A stretch of DNA of 64,000 nt from Octopus vulgaris (Eukaryota), in contig OX597833.1 of the NCBI GenBank assembly GCA_951406725.2, positions 6,324,001 to 6,388,000 of the forward strand, read 5' to 3'. Below, one piece after another: positions 37,148-49,360 of this stretch. The notes under the pieces are model-generated. The model made no database searches. It saw only the letters and a list, made by a program, of their open reading frames with translations, and was not told the DNA's origin. How positions within the stretch are numbered: position 1 is the first letter of the stretch; each line of letters starts with the position of its first letter. The position numbers were made by a program, and so were the translations under genes.

Positions 37148-38089
37148 CTTAACCAATAATATCTTCATCATTATTGCTTTAACATCCACTTTTCCATAGA
37201 CGCAGGGCTTGGACAGAATTTATTGTGGCCGGTTTCCTTTAACTGGACGCCCTTCCTATTGCCAACCTCACCAAGTTTCCAAGCAAGGTAATATTTCCAC
37301 ATGGCCAGATGGCTTCACAGAAGACTAGAAACAAAGGATGCTGCTTATATGATGCTCATTTATAACTATCACGCAATGTCACAGCAAGGAGACACAACAC
37401 ACACACATACATACATAGACATCATCATCATCATTATTTAATGTTCTCCTTCCATGCTGGCATGGGTTGGACGGTTTGACAGGTGTTGGTCAGACAGAAG
37501 CCTGCACCATACTTCTGTCCGGTTTGGCAGGGTTTCTATGGCTGGATGCCCTTCCTGACACCAACCACTCGGAAGAGTGACCAAGTGCTTTTTATGTGGC
37601 ACCAGCACAGGTGAGGTCAGTTTTGGCAGGGTTTTTACAGCTGGATGCCCTTCCAAATGTCAACCACTTCATGATGTGGACTGGATGCTTTTTAAATCTA
37701 TACGATGGACTTCTTTCAGTTTTTGTCAACCAGATCTGCTCACAAGGCTTTCTTTAGTTGGCCCAGGGCGAGAGCGAAAAACATTTGCATGAGATGCCAC
37801 GCAGTAGGATTGAACCAGAAACCATAGAGTTGGAAAGCAAGCTTCTTAACCACACAGCCCCAACAATAAAAAAAAACTTGCTGAGACCAGAACTTTACTT
37901 GTGATTAACGAACAAGAACAAAGTCATTACAGAATCAGACAGATAGTCCTTCTGGTATTTCTTACATCGACCCCAGTATGCAACTGGTACTTCATCAAGC
38001 CAGCAAAATTTGACCTCAAAATGTAACAATGGATGAAATGTTGCTAAACATTTAGAACTACATGCTAATGATCTTGCCAGGTTGCTGTC

Positions 38090-38136
<47 letters not shown>

Positions 38137-39711
38137 CCTTTCTATTACAGGCACAAGGCATGAAATTTGTGGAGGAGGGAGGGTCGATTACATCGACCCC
38201 AGTACTCAACTGGTACTTAATTTATCGACTCTGAAAGGATGAAAGGTAAAGATGACCTCAGCAGAATTTGAAGTCAGAACATAGCAACAGGCGAAATACT
38301 GCTAAGCAAATAAAAAGCAGAAAAAGGGAAGAAAGTAGAAGAAAAAGAAAAAAAGAAGAAATAAATACAAACAGGCAAAACAACCAAAACAAATAAAGAT
38401 GTTTTTAATTTAAAACGAACAGGATTTGAGTTTTAAATGATGGGGGAAATATTTTACACTACCACAGTATTACCTCCCTTTGATATTATATAAAAACTGA
38501 AATTTATTCTAATGTCGTTAAAAGAATTAAAAACAAACTAAAAATTTTTATTGTGTCTGGGGAGAGTTATTCTCCTTTAGAGCCTTATTATTTAACACAC
38601 GCCCTGGTTCGATTTCCACTCATTTACTTACTCTCTTTTACTTGTTTGAGTCATTTGACTGCGGCCATGCTGGAGCACCACCTTTAGTCGAGCAAATCGG
38701 CCCCAGGACTTATTCTATCGGTCTCTTTGACCGAACCGCTAGGTGACGGGGACGTAAACAAACCAGCATCGATTGTCAAGTGATGTTGGGGGGACAAACA
38801 CAGACACACAAACATATACATATATACGACGGGCTTCTTTCAGTTTCCGTCTACCAAATCCACTCACAAGGCTTTGGTCGGCCCAAGGCTATAGTAGAAG
38901 GTGCCACACAGTGAGACTGAACCCAGAACCATGTGGTTGGTAAGCAAGCTACTTACCACACAGCCACTCCTGTGTCTTATTTATTTTTTCTAAAATTTTC
39001 ATTGCATCTGGCAACCTGTTCAATACACTAAAAACGTTTCCTCATAGTTCCACTTGAGACTTAACTCCACTAAATTCTGGATTTATCCAGCAAAATTCTT
39101 ACAGAAAGTTGTATAGGATCAGGACTGAAAGAACTTCTGTCCGATGGGCCTCAAACGATGCATAGGCTTCTAGCAATAGGGTTTAGCAGAGAGCACAGAA
39201 ACACACCTGCCTTGTCTTGCCCCCCATAAAAAAACCCAAAAAAACTACCAACTCCTGGCAGAGTTGTGATGGTGCTGCCATGACATCCTGTCCTGTCTTG
39301 GGAAAATTTTTAGACCAGGCAGATTCTATCCCTCTCTGGGTCTTATCACAGCTGACTTCTTCCAATAAAGAGAGACAGAAGAAAAAAAAATGAATATACC
39401 CCAGTAGAGCACTGGTACTTTATTTATGGACCTCACAAAGACGAAAGGCAAAGTTGACTTTAACAGTGTCGGAACTTAGAGTATAGAGAGTGAGAAAAAA
39501 ATACAAGAGGGCAACCTATATTATGCGCTAATGTCTTGGCCCATTTAGCATCTTGTGAATAAATTAAGAGATATTGATTAGCTACAGGATTCGTTAGAAT
39601 CTAGGCATATCAACAAGTAGGAATGACTGGGTACCATAACACTGAGTTATCAGTAGGGAAAAACAAACATTGTCATTTGTTGGTAGTATACAGCAGGTAT
39701 GTATTTGTAAT

Positions 39712-39789
39712 TTTACCTGAGGATGGTAGATTTATATGATGTAATCTTTGAATACATCAGTAAAATGCTACCGAAACAGCTGTAGGAAA
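39712..39789 (+). ncRNA. Minimal hammerhead ribozyme motif with extended stem II, antisense in GPR89 intron 11
   Basis: TTTAC-CTGAGGA-T-GGTAG..TGATGTA..TACATCA..CTACC-GAAA-C-AGCT-GTA-GGAAA. Confidence 0.6.
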
Positions 39790-40175
39790 TTCTAAACTTC
39801 ACTTGTATTCTTTCAAATAAATATAGGTCGTTCTTATACAAGGCATAGCAAGCAACAGCTATCTGGCTTAGGGTCATGGGTTAAACCATAGGAATTAGAA
39901 TGGTGGGTAAGCATTCTTAGTGATAATTTTAGGCAGAGGAACCTGTATAGGGTCCATGGCTAGGATCGGCCAAGTTACTCAAGTGTGTTACTGCTGACAC
40001 CTGTGGACTCAGTGACTGCGGATGTTATTAACCAGTGAAAGACTTCTTAATTCAAAACACCTGAGCAAACCAGACCAGATGACAATGAGGACGATTATTT
40101 GAGTGGTTGTCTGTGAGTGAGAAAGAGGGGGGAGTGGGTTGTTATATTTCAGGTCACAACAACAACAATACTCAC

Positions 40176-40271
40176 ATCAAATTGTATTCCAAGATAATTG
40201 ACTGCAATCTCTGTCCCTCGAGTGACCGGGTCGACTTTACCCACTCGGTCAAAGATGATGTTGATGGCCGA
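40176..40271 (-). CDS. GPR89: GPR89 exon 11 (SAINIIFDRVGKVDPVTRGTEIAVNYLGIQFD)
   Basis: TTACAG/GTGAGT, 96 nt, FDRVGKxDPVTRG motif. Confidence 0.97.
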
Positions 40272-40784
40272 CTGTAAATAAGAGAGGAACAATAAAAGCA
40301 TTAAACAAGGGGGCCCCAAACATGGATATTCTATTGACTTCAACAATAACCATAGCAACAACGTGTGTGTGTGTGTGTGAGAGTCAGGGAGAGTGGTGAT
40401 TTATACATGGTACATCACCTTTTTACAAATCTATCAAAAAGAATGTATAAACCACAAGATGAGTGTATAAATTGAAATCTCATCATTGTTTAACCCTTTA
40501 GTGTTTAAACCGGCCACATCTGGCCCAATATATTCTACATGTTTTATATTTGAACTAGCCATATCTAGCCTCTCACACCTAACCTACATTGACATTCTAA
40601 AAATAAATATTCACATCATTGAAACCTCAAAGCTGTAAGATAATGCATGATTAATTCAAAACAGTTTGAGTGAAAAAAGTATTACATTTAACAGAGTAAT
40701 CTGAAGAGAGAGGGTTTAAATGTTCATTTTTTTTTCATGCTGGCATTGGCTGGATGGTTCCACAGAATACGACAAACCAGTCTT

Positions 40785-40985
40785 GGCTGGGTGAAGTTCA
40801 GGGAATGTGGAGCGTTACTACATGGGAAAAGGTTCTCCTTGAAGATGAAAGTAAGGGCTTATCGGAGTTGCAGGAAATCCACAATGCTGTATGGGAATTA
40901 GACATAGTGTCTGAGGGAAAGTGAAATGGCAATTTTGCGAAGGACCGAGAGAGAGCAATGGTGAGAGGACTGTGTGGTGTGAAAC
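40785..40985 (+). mobile_element. Decayed RTE-like LINE fragment
   Basis: Reads GWVKFRECGALLHGKRFSLKMKVRAYRSCRKSTMLYGN*T*CLRESEMAILRRTER, then AMVRGLCGVK after a frameshift. Confidence 0.7.
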
Positions 40986-41049
40986 ACGTGTGGTGTAAAT
41001 GCAAGCTTAAAAGGTACCAATGCATGTTGGCCACCCTTAAATGTCTTAC

Positions 41050-41142
41050 CATGAAAATTTTCCAAACACAATAAATTGAGAAAAAATATCCAAGAAAATT
41101 GAAGTATTTTCCTTTCAGAGTTTTGGATTCTTCGATTCGTTC
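41050..41142 (-). CDS. GPR89: GPR89 exon 10 (ERIEESKTLKGKYFNFLGYFFSIYCVWKIFM)
   Basis: TTTCAG/GTAAGA, 93 nt, nearly identical to the vertebrate segment. Confidence 0.97.
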
Positions 41143-41331
41143 CTGAAAAATATTACAAAGAAAATATATGGATTTTAAAAGACAAAAGACTACAGATTTT
41201 ATCTTTTCTATCACCACCACCACCACCTCCACACCATTACGATCTTTGTCATCACCACTGTAGCTGTCATCATCATCGCTGCTGTTATCAATGTCATCTT
41301 TAGAAAAACCAAAAATCTCTCTTATTGACAA

Positions 41332-41720
41332 TCATTCTTCATATAAAGCTGAAGTTGTCTGTGTATGGCAGGTTTGGTAGCCTTCAACTAACACTATCTC
41401 CTCTGAGACCCTGTGGCGTGAGTTGACCAAAATTGAGAGTATGATAGAAGAAGGCTTGCTCTTCCTTCCGTAGAAGAAAAATTAAATCGGACCATGTTAA
41501 CACCAAAAATTATTTACATCAAAAAGGTTTTTTTTTCTATGAAAATCCCTATTTTTTACGATTTTTTGACTGCTGTGTCGCCATTTTTCGGTGCATTTCA
41601 ACCAGAAAAATGTTCACTTAAAGAGAATAACAAGCTACAGAATGCAAAATTTTTACTTTTCGAAAATTCCAATTCTAAAGGGTCGAAACAAACCCAAGCA
41701 ACACCGGGCGATACTGCTAG
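41332..41720 (+). mobile_element. Non-autonomous Helitron-like element
   Basis: Starts A|TC..ATATAAAG, ends with a GC hairpin CCCAAGCAACACCGGG then CTAG|T; no TSD seen. Confidence 0.65.
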
Positions 41721-42020
41721 TTATTATAATTTGGTAGAATCTCTAGCAAGACATTAGGAACCATAGATTGCCAGAAAACCAGAACTGGATGGAAGTGGTA
41801 GGAACCCTTTTAAGGTGCCGCCAAATCAACCCTGCTGACCAACTCAACAGTTGTTTCTAAGCACGAGACTACCAATAACTGCCATTGTATAACTGGCAAT
41901 TCAATTATACGCAGAAGACGACTAGAAATGACCACAGGGTATAACTGGTATTTGTGATATAGACACCACTTGGAACAACAATAAAAACAAAATAAAAATG
42001 GAGAATTTTAAATGGTAAAC

Positions 42021-42439
42021 TGGGATCTTTTCGGTTTGAACGGCAGTTTTTTAAAAATAATTTCCACGTAACTAAACACTTTTAAACTTCGTATACTGGT
42101 AGAATGTGTTTATAAAACATCTTTTTCTCTTGGCTTTATTGAGAAAATTCTATAGTTTGTGAGATATTTGTTGTTTTGTTTTCTTCAATTTCTGCAATTT
42201 CAACCAATCACTGACATCTATTGAGGTAAAAAAACATTATGTGCCGTATGAATATGTCCCTCGTTTAAGAAACAGATTGGGTTTATTTACATTTCTGAAG
42301 AAAAAAATGATACCCTTCCCCCCACCCTTAACCCTAAAACAGATTGAAATGCAATAGATCGATACTAGGGTCATAATTATGAGTGAAAATTTCATATGAC
42401 ACCGCTAGAAAAAACTGCCGTTCAAACCGAAGAGATCCG
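42021..42439. mobile_element. Unclassified MITE with about 30-bp TIRs
   Basis: GGATCTTTTCGGTTTGAACGGCAGTTTTT / AAAAACTGCCGTTCAAACCGAAGAGATCC; flanks TAAACT and GAAACT; internal TAACCCTAA. Confidence 0.8.
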
Positions 42440-42455
42440 GAAACTGAAATCCTAC

Positions 42456-42544
42456 CTGAGTATTGTGTAAATCAACCGATTCCAGGAACAGTTGTCGACT
42501 AAGTTCTTCAAGGGCGTAAGTCTCATCTTTTAACTGTGACACGT
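42456..42544 (-). CDS. GPR89: GPR89 exon 9 (NVSQLKDETYALEELSRQLFLESVDLHNTQ)
   Basis: 89 nt, ALEELSRQLFLE motif, GTAGGA donor. Confidence 0.95.
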
Positions 42545-43503
42545 CTGACATATTGTTAAAGACCATCATCATCATCATCAACAACAACATTGTAAGCATG
42601 ATTCAACAGGTCACATGACACTTCACAAGAGACAATCATTCATCCGCTCGCTTGTTTATTTAACAAACTGTTTCTCCATGCTAGCATGGGTTGGATGGGA
42701 ATCGATTTTGAGACAAGGTTTTATGGCTGAATGCTCTTCTAGTCATCAGCCCTTAGCAGTGCTTGTCTAATGATAACTCCTGGAGGTAGGTAAAATATGA
42801 TGTTTGTGGAAGCTATGGTTCTGCAAAGGGAGATAAATTGGATGTAATGGTTTATAATTTAGGCCAGTGATTCTTAATTGTGGCTCCCAGGGCCTTATGT
42901 GGCCCTCCAGCATTCTTCTAGTGGCCCCTGATGCTCTTCCTTATATAAATAGAATTTTTTTCTTTAATTGATTTGTGTTTTCCTTTTTTAGGTGAGGAAC
43001 CCTGAAGAGTCCAGGTTTTGGATCTGACCAGAGTATTAAAAAGTTTGAGAAGTACTGACTTAGAGACAAGGGTGTAATCAATACCCATTTCTTTACAACC
43101 CACAAGGGGCTAAACACAGAGGGGACAAACAAGGACAGACAAACGGATTAAGTCGATTATATCGACCCCAGTGCGTAACTGGTACTTATTTAATCGACCC
43201 CGAAACGATGAAAGGCAAAGTCGACCTCGGCTGAATTTGAACTCAGAACATAATGGCAGACGAAATATGGCTACGCATTTCGCCCGGTGTGCTAACAAGT
43301 CTGCCAGCTGCCAGCTTGGGTGTAATCAATACCAATAACCTCAGTACTTGACTGCTACTATACTTTATGAACCCCAAGAGGAATGAGAGGTAAACCGGGA
43401 CAAAATACAGCAAGGAATTTTGTCCAATGCTGTAATAAGTCTACCAATCTACCAGCCTGACAAATTTACAAAAGAAGAAGAATTATTATTGGTAAAAGGA
43501 TAC
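42545..43503 (-). other. GPR89: U12-type (minor spliceosome) GT-AG intron, GPR89 intron 8
   Basis: 5' splice site GTATCCTTT; branch site TCTTTAAC (42562-42555) ending 10 nt before the intron end; no polypyrimidine tract. Confidence 0.88.
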
Positions 43504-43610
43504 TTTCGGTGGTAGCTTTAGATGTAGTGGCACGGAACATTCCAAACAAACCTCTTTGATTCTTGTTCAAAGCAGCTTGTCGGAGGTTATCTCTGTGGGC
43601 TAACGCAATC
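43504..43610 (-). CDS. GPR89: GPR89 exon 8 (IALAHRDNLRQAALNKNQRGLFGMFRATTSKATTE)
   Basis: TCCTAG acceptor; ends at a GTATCCTTT donor; phases 2/1 bridge exons 7 and 9 exactly. Confidence 0.88.
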
Positions 43611-44751
43611 CTAGGAGAGACCAAGAGAAACAATTATAATACATATCAGCTTTACAGGTGTTTTAAGACATTATTTATTTGTATATAAACAGGTGTGGGT
43701 CTTGGAGGAATAAACAAGGACTGAGAGCCTGTAGTCAGATAGATTACCATTTATTTAGCAGATATCATTCCGAGATACTGAGGGCAACATTGAAATAATG
43801 ACCTATTAGGTCCAGGAATTCTATGTGTACAAACATGTGCATAGAAGGAGTTTTGAAGATTTCTAGAATTTACAGCTCCAAATTATCTATACTCTTCTGT
43901 TAGCACCAGTTCCCTATTTCTCTGAGTTTGGTTTGAATTTGTGATAGTTTTTCCATATGTTTTGATTGTAGGTCATATTCATGTGTTGTCCAAACCATTC
44001 GCTTTCTGTCAATGAATCAGCTGATTCCATCGGTGTTGTCATCAAACCAATACTGATCCTTCTTTTTGGTGAAATCAGTGAGACTTATGACTGTCTCAGT
44101 GACTGGGCTTCTCAATAACTACAGATGAATGTACAACTAAAAATATGGGTTTTAGAATATGTGTTATGAAGTAATGATGAAAGACCGAGATTTCTGGAGG
44201 TATGCTGTGATTGAGAAGACCCAGCAAGTAAAGTGAGATCACAGCCGTAGCCTACACCAGTGTCACATAACCAATCCATTTAAAAAGTACCTTTGAATCG
44301 TCAGGTGACATGCCATGCTTGGGGAGACCTACTGAGTCAAGTAAATGGAAAACAAATCAAATGGAATTTGTAGTTGTGGCCGATACCAGTGTTGGTGGCA
44401 CACGATAAGTACCATTCATGCATGGGTCACTGCCAGAGCTGCCTGACTGGCTCCCCGTGCCAGTGGCACGCAAAATGCACCATTTGAACATGGTCGATGC
44501 CCCATGCTGATGGCAAGTAAAAAACACCATCCAAACATGGCTGATGCCAGTGTTGCCTGACTGCTAGTGGTTGGCATTGGGAAGGGCATCCAGCTGTAGA
44601 AACATTGCCAGATCAGATTGGAGCCTGGTGCAGCCACTGGCTTTCCAGACCTCAGTGAAACCATCCAACCCATGGCAGCATGGAAAACGGATGTTAAACG
44701 ATGATGATGATGTGTTATGAAAGTTGGCTTGATAAAAAAAAGCTGCCTTAC

Positions 44752-44832
44752 CGTTTTTTCTTCATCACAATCATGTCCATAGTTTGGATGAGTCTTTTCT
44801 CAATACTCTGTATATCCGAATCTGTGATGTGC
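44752..44832 (-). CDS. GPR89: GPR89 exon 7 (HITDSDIQSIEKRLIQTMDMIVMKKKR)
   Basis: AAATAG/GTAAGG, 81 nt, QTMDMIxxKKKR motif. Confidence 0.95.
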
Positions 44833-46208
44833 CTATTTGAATGACGAGCAGGGTTAACAACAAGGTTAGCAATGTACATGACAATAGCAGGGCTAATTAT
44901 GGAATTAGGTGGAGCTGAATTAGGTAGGATTAACAGCAGAGTTATCAGACAAACTAACAGCAACCTCTTCCATATATATATGTTGTCCGTCTCTGGTGAA
45001 AAAATCAGGTCATTTGTACAGTTGACACACACACACACACACATACATGTTTAACCCTTCAGCATCTGATTATTCTGACAAATGTAATTCATCCCTTCGA
45101 AGAGGAATGAAAGAAGAGATCCTTACTCAAAAAGGGATAACAACAGAAAGGGCACCTGGCTGTAATACAAGGCCTCAGCTGTAATACAGCATGGGAAAAC
45201 AAGACATAAAATGAATAGTTGATAATTTCCTTAAAAAAGAAATGATTTTATTTCCTCTAAAAAGGGATATGCTTGAATTCTTTCCCTTCCTCCAACTAAA
45301 TCTTCTACCGTAATTTCATCTCTTGAATGAAGGACATATAACTTATTTTTTATATATTATGGAAGATATCTCTCATGTCCACCTTTTTTGATCTGTTGTT
45401 ATGGCGGGAGTTGTGCACATCAGGTGTAAGAATAGGAAAATAAGCACTGAGCTGGCAGAATTGTTAGCACGCTGGGCGAAATGTTTAGCAGTATTTCGTC
45501 TGCCGCTATGTTCTGAATTCAAATTCTGCCAAGGTCAACTTTGCCTTTCATCCTTTCAAGGTCGATTAAATAAGTACCAGTTATGCACTGGGGTCGATGT
45601 AATCAACTTAATCCGCTTGTCTGTCTTTGTTTGTCTCCTCTATGTGTAGCCCCTTGTGGGCAGTAAAGAAATCAGGTGTAAGAACAGGATTACCCAAATA
45701 AATATTTGGATGTGGTTATCAAGAACAGCCTTTCACAGAACTAATATGTTCACACAGAATACACTCTGTACTACTCAAAAAGTAATTAAGATAACCAATA
45801 TGGACAATCAGCAGTTCTCACAGTTTATTTAAATAAAATGCGTCAGTCCACTTTCGGTCACACGGGGATGGTCAGTTATCCTTCCACAACATCTATTATC
45901 AGCAGAGTTATGATGCATTGTTCATGGAGGCTGATTTTATCCATCCAACTAAGAAAGCTTGTTTTGTTTCTTATGAGCCACAGCCTGTATCCTCTATATT
46001 CAACAGTCATGTTTTATTATCAATGTACACACACACTGATGTGAAGTGATGGTGTTTCTACTGTTATGAAGGAAAGACTGACATTTTAAATTTCTCAGTT
46101 GAAATTACTAATGTTTCTCACAGTAATAACAAAGGACAAGAGAGAGGAAGAAAGAGAGAGAGAGAAGTGTAGTGGGGTGAAGTGTTCACTAGCAGATATT
46201 TCAGATGT

Positions 46209-46631
46209 GGGTACTACTAGCGAACAGTGGTCCTGGTGCACGCACTCGCGCTAGCTAGTTGTAAGCAGTCAATCCTACAACAACTTTTTAACCCTAACCT
46301 TAACCTTAGTTTGTTTATAAAAATAATTTATTTACTTAGTCTAAAAAATTATTTACTTTGCATTTTATTTACTTTGTTTGAAAAATATTTAATTTGTGTA
46401 AAAAAACTATATACATTGTTTTAAAAAATAATTTATTCACTTAGTTTAAAAAATTATTTATTTTGAGTTTTATTTACTTTGTTTGAAAAATATTATTTAA
46501 ATTTTCTTTGATATGTATTCAGCCTTGAAATACAAACATACGCGCAAGTCGTTGTAGGATCGACTACTTACGACTATCTAGCGCAGATGTGTGAGAGCAC
46601 GCACCGGGACCACTGTTCGCCAGTAGTACCC
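46209..46631. mobile_element. Unclassified MITE with about 80-bp imperfect TIRs and a 6-bp TSD
   Basis: AGATGT-GGGTACTACTAGCGAACAGTGGTCC...GGACCACTGTTCGCCAGTAGTACCC-AGATGT; internal TAACCCTAACC. Confidence 0.85.
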
Positions 46632-46645
46632 AGATGTGTACTTAC

Positions 46646-46766
46646 CTGACAAAGTAAGACATGTACGTGTAGGGGCAGTTGACAGCACCAAACCCTGACA
46701 AAAGGGCCATTATGGTCACACCAATGACACCAACCCGTCCGATACACTGCTCTATGGAGAAGATTC
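46646..46766 (-). CDS. GPR89: GPR89 exon 6 ([39 protein letters not shown])
   Basis: CAACAG/GTAAGT, 121 nt, hallmark GPHR motif [23 protein letters not shown]. Confidence 0.97.
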
Positions 46767-48142
46767 CTGTTGGAGAAGAAAAGGACAGAAAGAGACATTA
46801 AGGAGAGGAGAGGTGGGAGGGTTCATTGTTACCTTTTATTCTTTTCCTTGTTTCAGACAACCGACAGTGGCCATGCTGGGGCACTGCCTTTAAGGATCTT
46901 AGTCAAATGAATCAACCCCAAAACTTATTCCAATTAAACTTCGTACTTTTTCTGTCAGTCTCTTTTGCAGAGCTGCTAGTGATGGGGATATAAACAAACC
47001 AACACCGGTTGTCAAGCAGTGGAGGGGTGGGGACAAACAAGACCCAAAGATACACACACACACACACATATAATGGGCTTCTTGCAGTTTCCATCTACCA
47101 AATCCACTCAAGGTTCTGGTCAGCTTGAGACTATAGTAGAAGACATTTGCCCAAGGTGCCATGCTGTGGGACTGAACTCATAATCATGTGGTTGGGAAGC
47201 AACCTTCTTAACCACACAGCCATGCTAGCACCTGTCGATTAGTTATTAATGAAGAGCACCACTTATTTTGTTGTTGTTCTTTGGCCCCATGTTGAACCTG
47301 ACCTAACAGACCTTTAATTAAAGACGTTCTAACCATGACCATCTCATTTAGTTTTTTGGTATCTGTATACTACAAACTACTTTATCTTGTGATTTTTTTA
47401 AAGACATTAAGATGTGGTTTGAGGACGGTTTGGTTGCTATTACTAGCTGGCTGAGTAGCCACAAATAGGCTCCCTTCTCATTAATGGGAATCCCCAAAAA
47501 GCAGTGTAACCATAAAGATAATGAATGACTTTATGCCATTTATTTAGGCGGCCTTTCTTTGGCTGTGAAATCTGGGAAGTCTGGCCAGCAGCAACAGCAT
47601 CCAAGATAAGGAACAATATTTCACTGTGAGCCTCATCGTCATCATTTAACATCCATTTTCCATGCTGGCATGGGTTGGACAGCTTGACAGGAGCTGGCAA
47701 GCCAGAGAGCTGCACCAGACCCCAGTTGTCTGTTTTGGCATGGTTTCTATGGCTGGATTCCTTTCTTAAAATTGGACAGCCTGACAGGAGGTGGCAAATG
47801 AGGGAGCCACGTCAGACTTCAGTTTTGGCATGGTTTCTACAACTGGACGCCCTTCCTAACCATAACCACCCAACTGAGTGTACTGGGTATTTTTCACAGG
47901 GTACCAAAACCAGCGCTTTATATGTGGTACCAGCACTGGTGCTTTGCATTTTACATGACGCCAACCCATGCTTGCATGGAAGACAAATGTTAAATGATGT
48001 TGATGATGTATATACAGACACAGTGGGCTTCCACCCAATTTCTGTGTCTTCCAATAATCTAATGGTTAAGGTTTTGTCTGTTTCCTACCTTTCGACCTGT
48101 CTGGAAAATAAAAATAAAAATAAAAAAACAAACAACACTCAC

Positions 48143-48253
48143 CATGTTTAGGGCTAAGAATAGGAAATGGATCACCAATTTTCCAGAAGAAATAGAGAAA
48201 TATCCACCACGTCACTCCTGTTAAGATCATCTGTACATGTTTCTTCTGAGGAA
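48143..48253 (-). CDS. GPR89: GPR89 exon 5 (VPQKKHVQ...YFFWKIGDPFPILSPKH)
   Basis: TGCTAG/GTGAGT, FWKxGDPFPILSPKHG motif, phase 1/1. Confidence 0.93.
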
Positions 48254-48471
48254 CTAGCAGGAAGAGGAATGAAGAGAAAAAGACACGGTAAGGAATACAA
48301 GAGGAACTTCTAGGCCATAGGAGATACAGAATAGCAATCTTCCAGGGTCAACAAAGTGTCATTCCAAGGTCATTGGGAGAACACTAAGTACACTGAAGTA
48401 CATAATTTTTGGTCTGAATTTGAATCCTACCATGGCCTACTCTGACGATAGATTTAATCCACCATCTAGCT

Positions 48472-48788
48472 CAATGGTTGCGAACCCTTTTTTTGCCGAC
48501 GGACCCCTTGAATTCCTATTTTACTCAGGTGGACCCCCATAGCCACTCCATGTTTAAAAAATCCAATTATATTTTTAGAATGAGATCATCATCATCATCG
48601 TTTAACATCCGCTTTCCATACTAGCATGGGTTGGACGATTTTGACTGAGGGCTGGCGAACCAGGTGGCTGCACCAGGCTCCAGGAGCTATTAGAATATTT
48701 TGCCTATTGTACAAGCATAACCAATTCATTGCACATAAATTCTAACAACAAAATCTCCTGGGTCTGTGGACCCAGCTGAGGGTCACTA
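48472..48788. mobile_element. hAT (Charlie-like) MITE with a nested SINE fragment
   Basis: 8-bp duplication ATCTAGCT at 48464-48471 and 48789-48796; CAATGGTTGCGAACC terminus. Confidence 0.7.
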
Positions 48789-48799
48789 ATCTAGCTTAA

Positions 48800-49020
48800 C
48801 CCTTTCATTACCAATCCGGCTAAAACCGGCTCTGGCTCTGAGTACAGATGTCATGTTTTCATAAGTTTTTAATTAAAATTTTCCACCAAACCTTAGTCAC
48901 AATTTATATTCCTAACACTAACTGAATGATAACTAAGTTATTTTACTAAATTCTTTGTTATATTGAAAGTAATTGAAAGAAACACAGAGCATCTCAAAAA
49001 AAAATACAGTAACGAAAGGG
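48800..49020. mobile_element. piggyBac-like MITE, same family as 35754 in opposite orientation
   Basis: TTAA-CCCTTTCATTAC...GTAACGAAAGGG-TTAA; shared internal sequence. Degenerate relatives near 10.4-10.6, 19.5-19.9 and 20.5-20.9 kb. Confidence 0.8.
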
Positions 49021-49253
49021 TTAACATCATCTGGGTATCTTTAGTTGAGTCTATTCCACTGTAAGTGTACAAGCCAGATCTCTGATTTGAGGATATTTTC
49101 CCCCTTCCCTCGCACCTATTCCAGGGGCAGGAGTATGCCTTTCCCTTCTGACTGAAAGATTTGAAAAAGAAACCAACACCATACGTGTACATTGAATCAT
49201 GTATGCGTGAGTGTGTGTGTTTATAGATAAATGAAGAATGGGACTATACGTAC

Positions 49254-49360
49254 CTAATCGTATCGTACTGACAACATAGTAGGCTATGTGCATAGGGAGG
49301 ACAGCAATAAGGACAAATAAAATTGCATAAAGGCCCAGCTTCCAATGGAAATATCTGGAA
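49254..49360 (-). CDS. GPR89: GPR89 exon 4 (SRYFHWKLGLYAILFVLIAVLPMHIAYYVVSTIRL)
   Basis: ACACAG/GTACGT, 107 nt, SRYFHWK motif. Confidence 0.95.
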
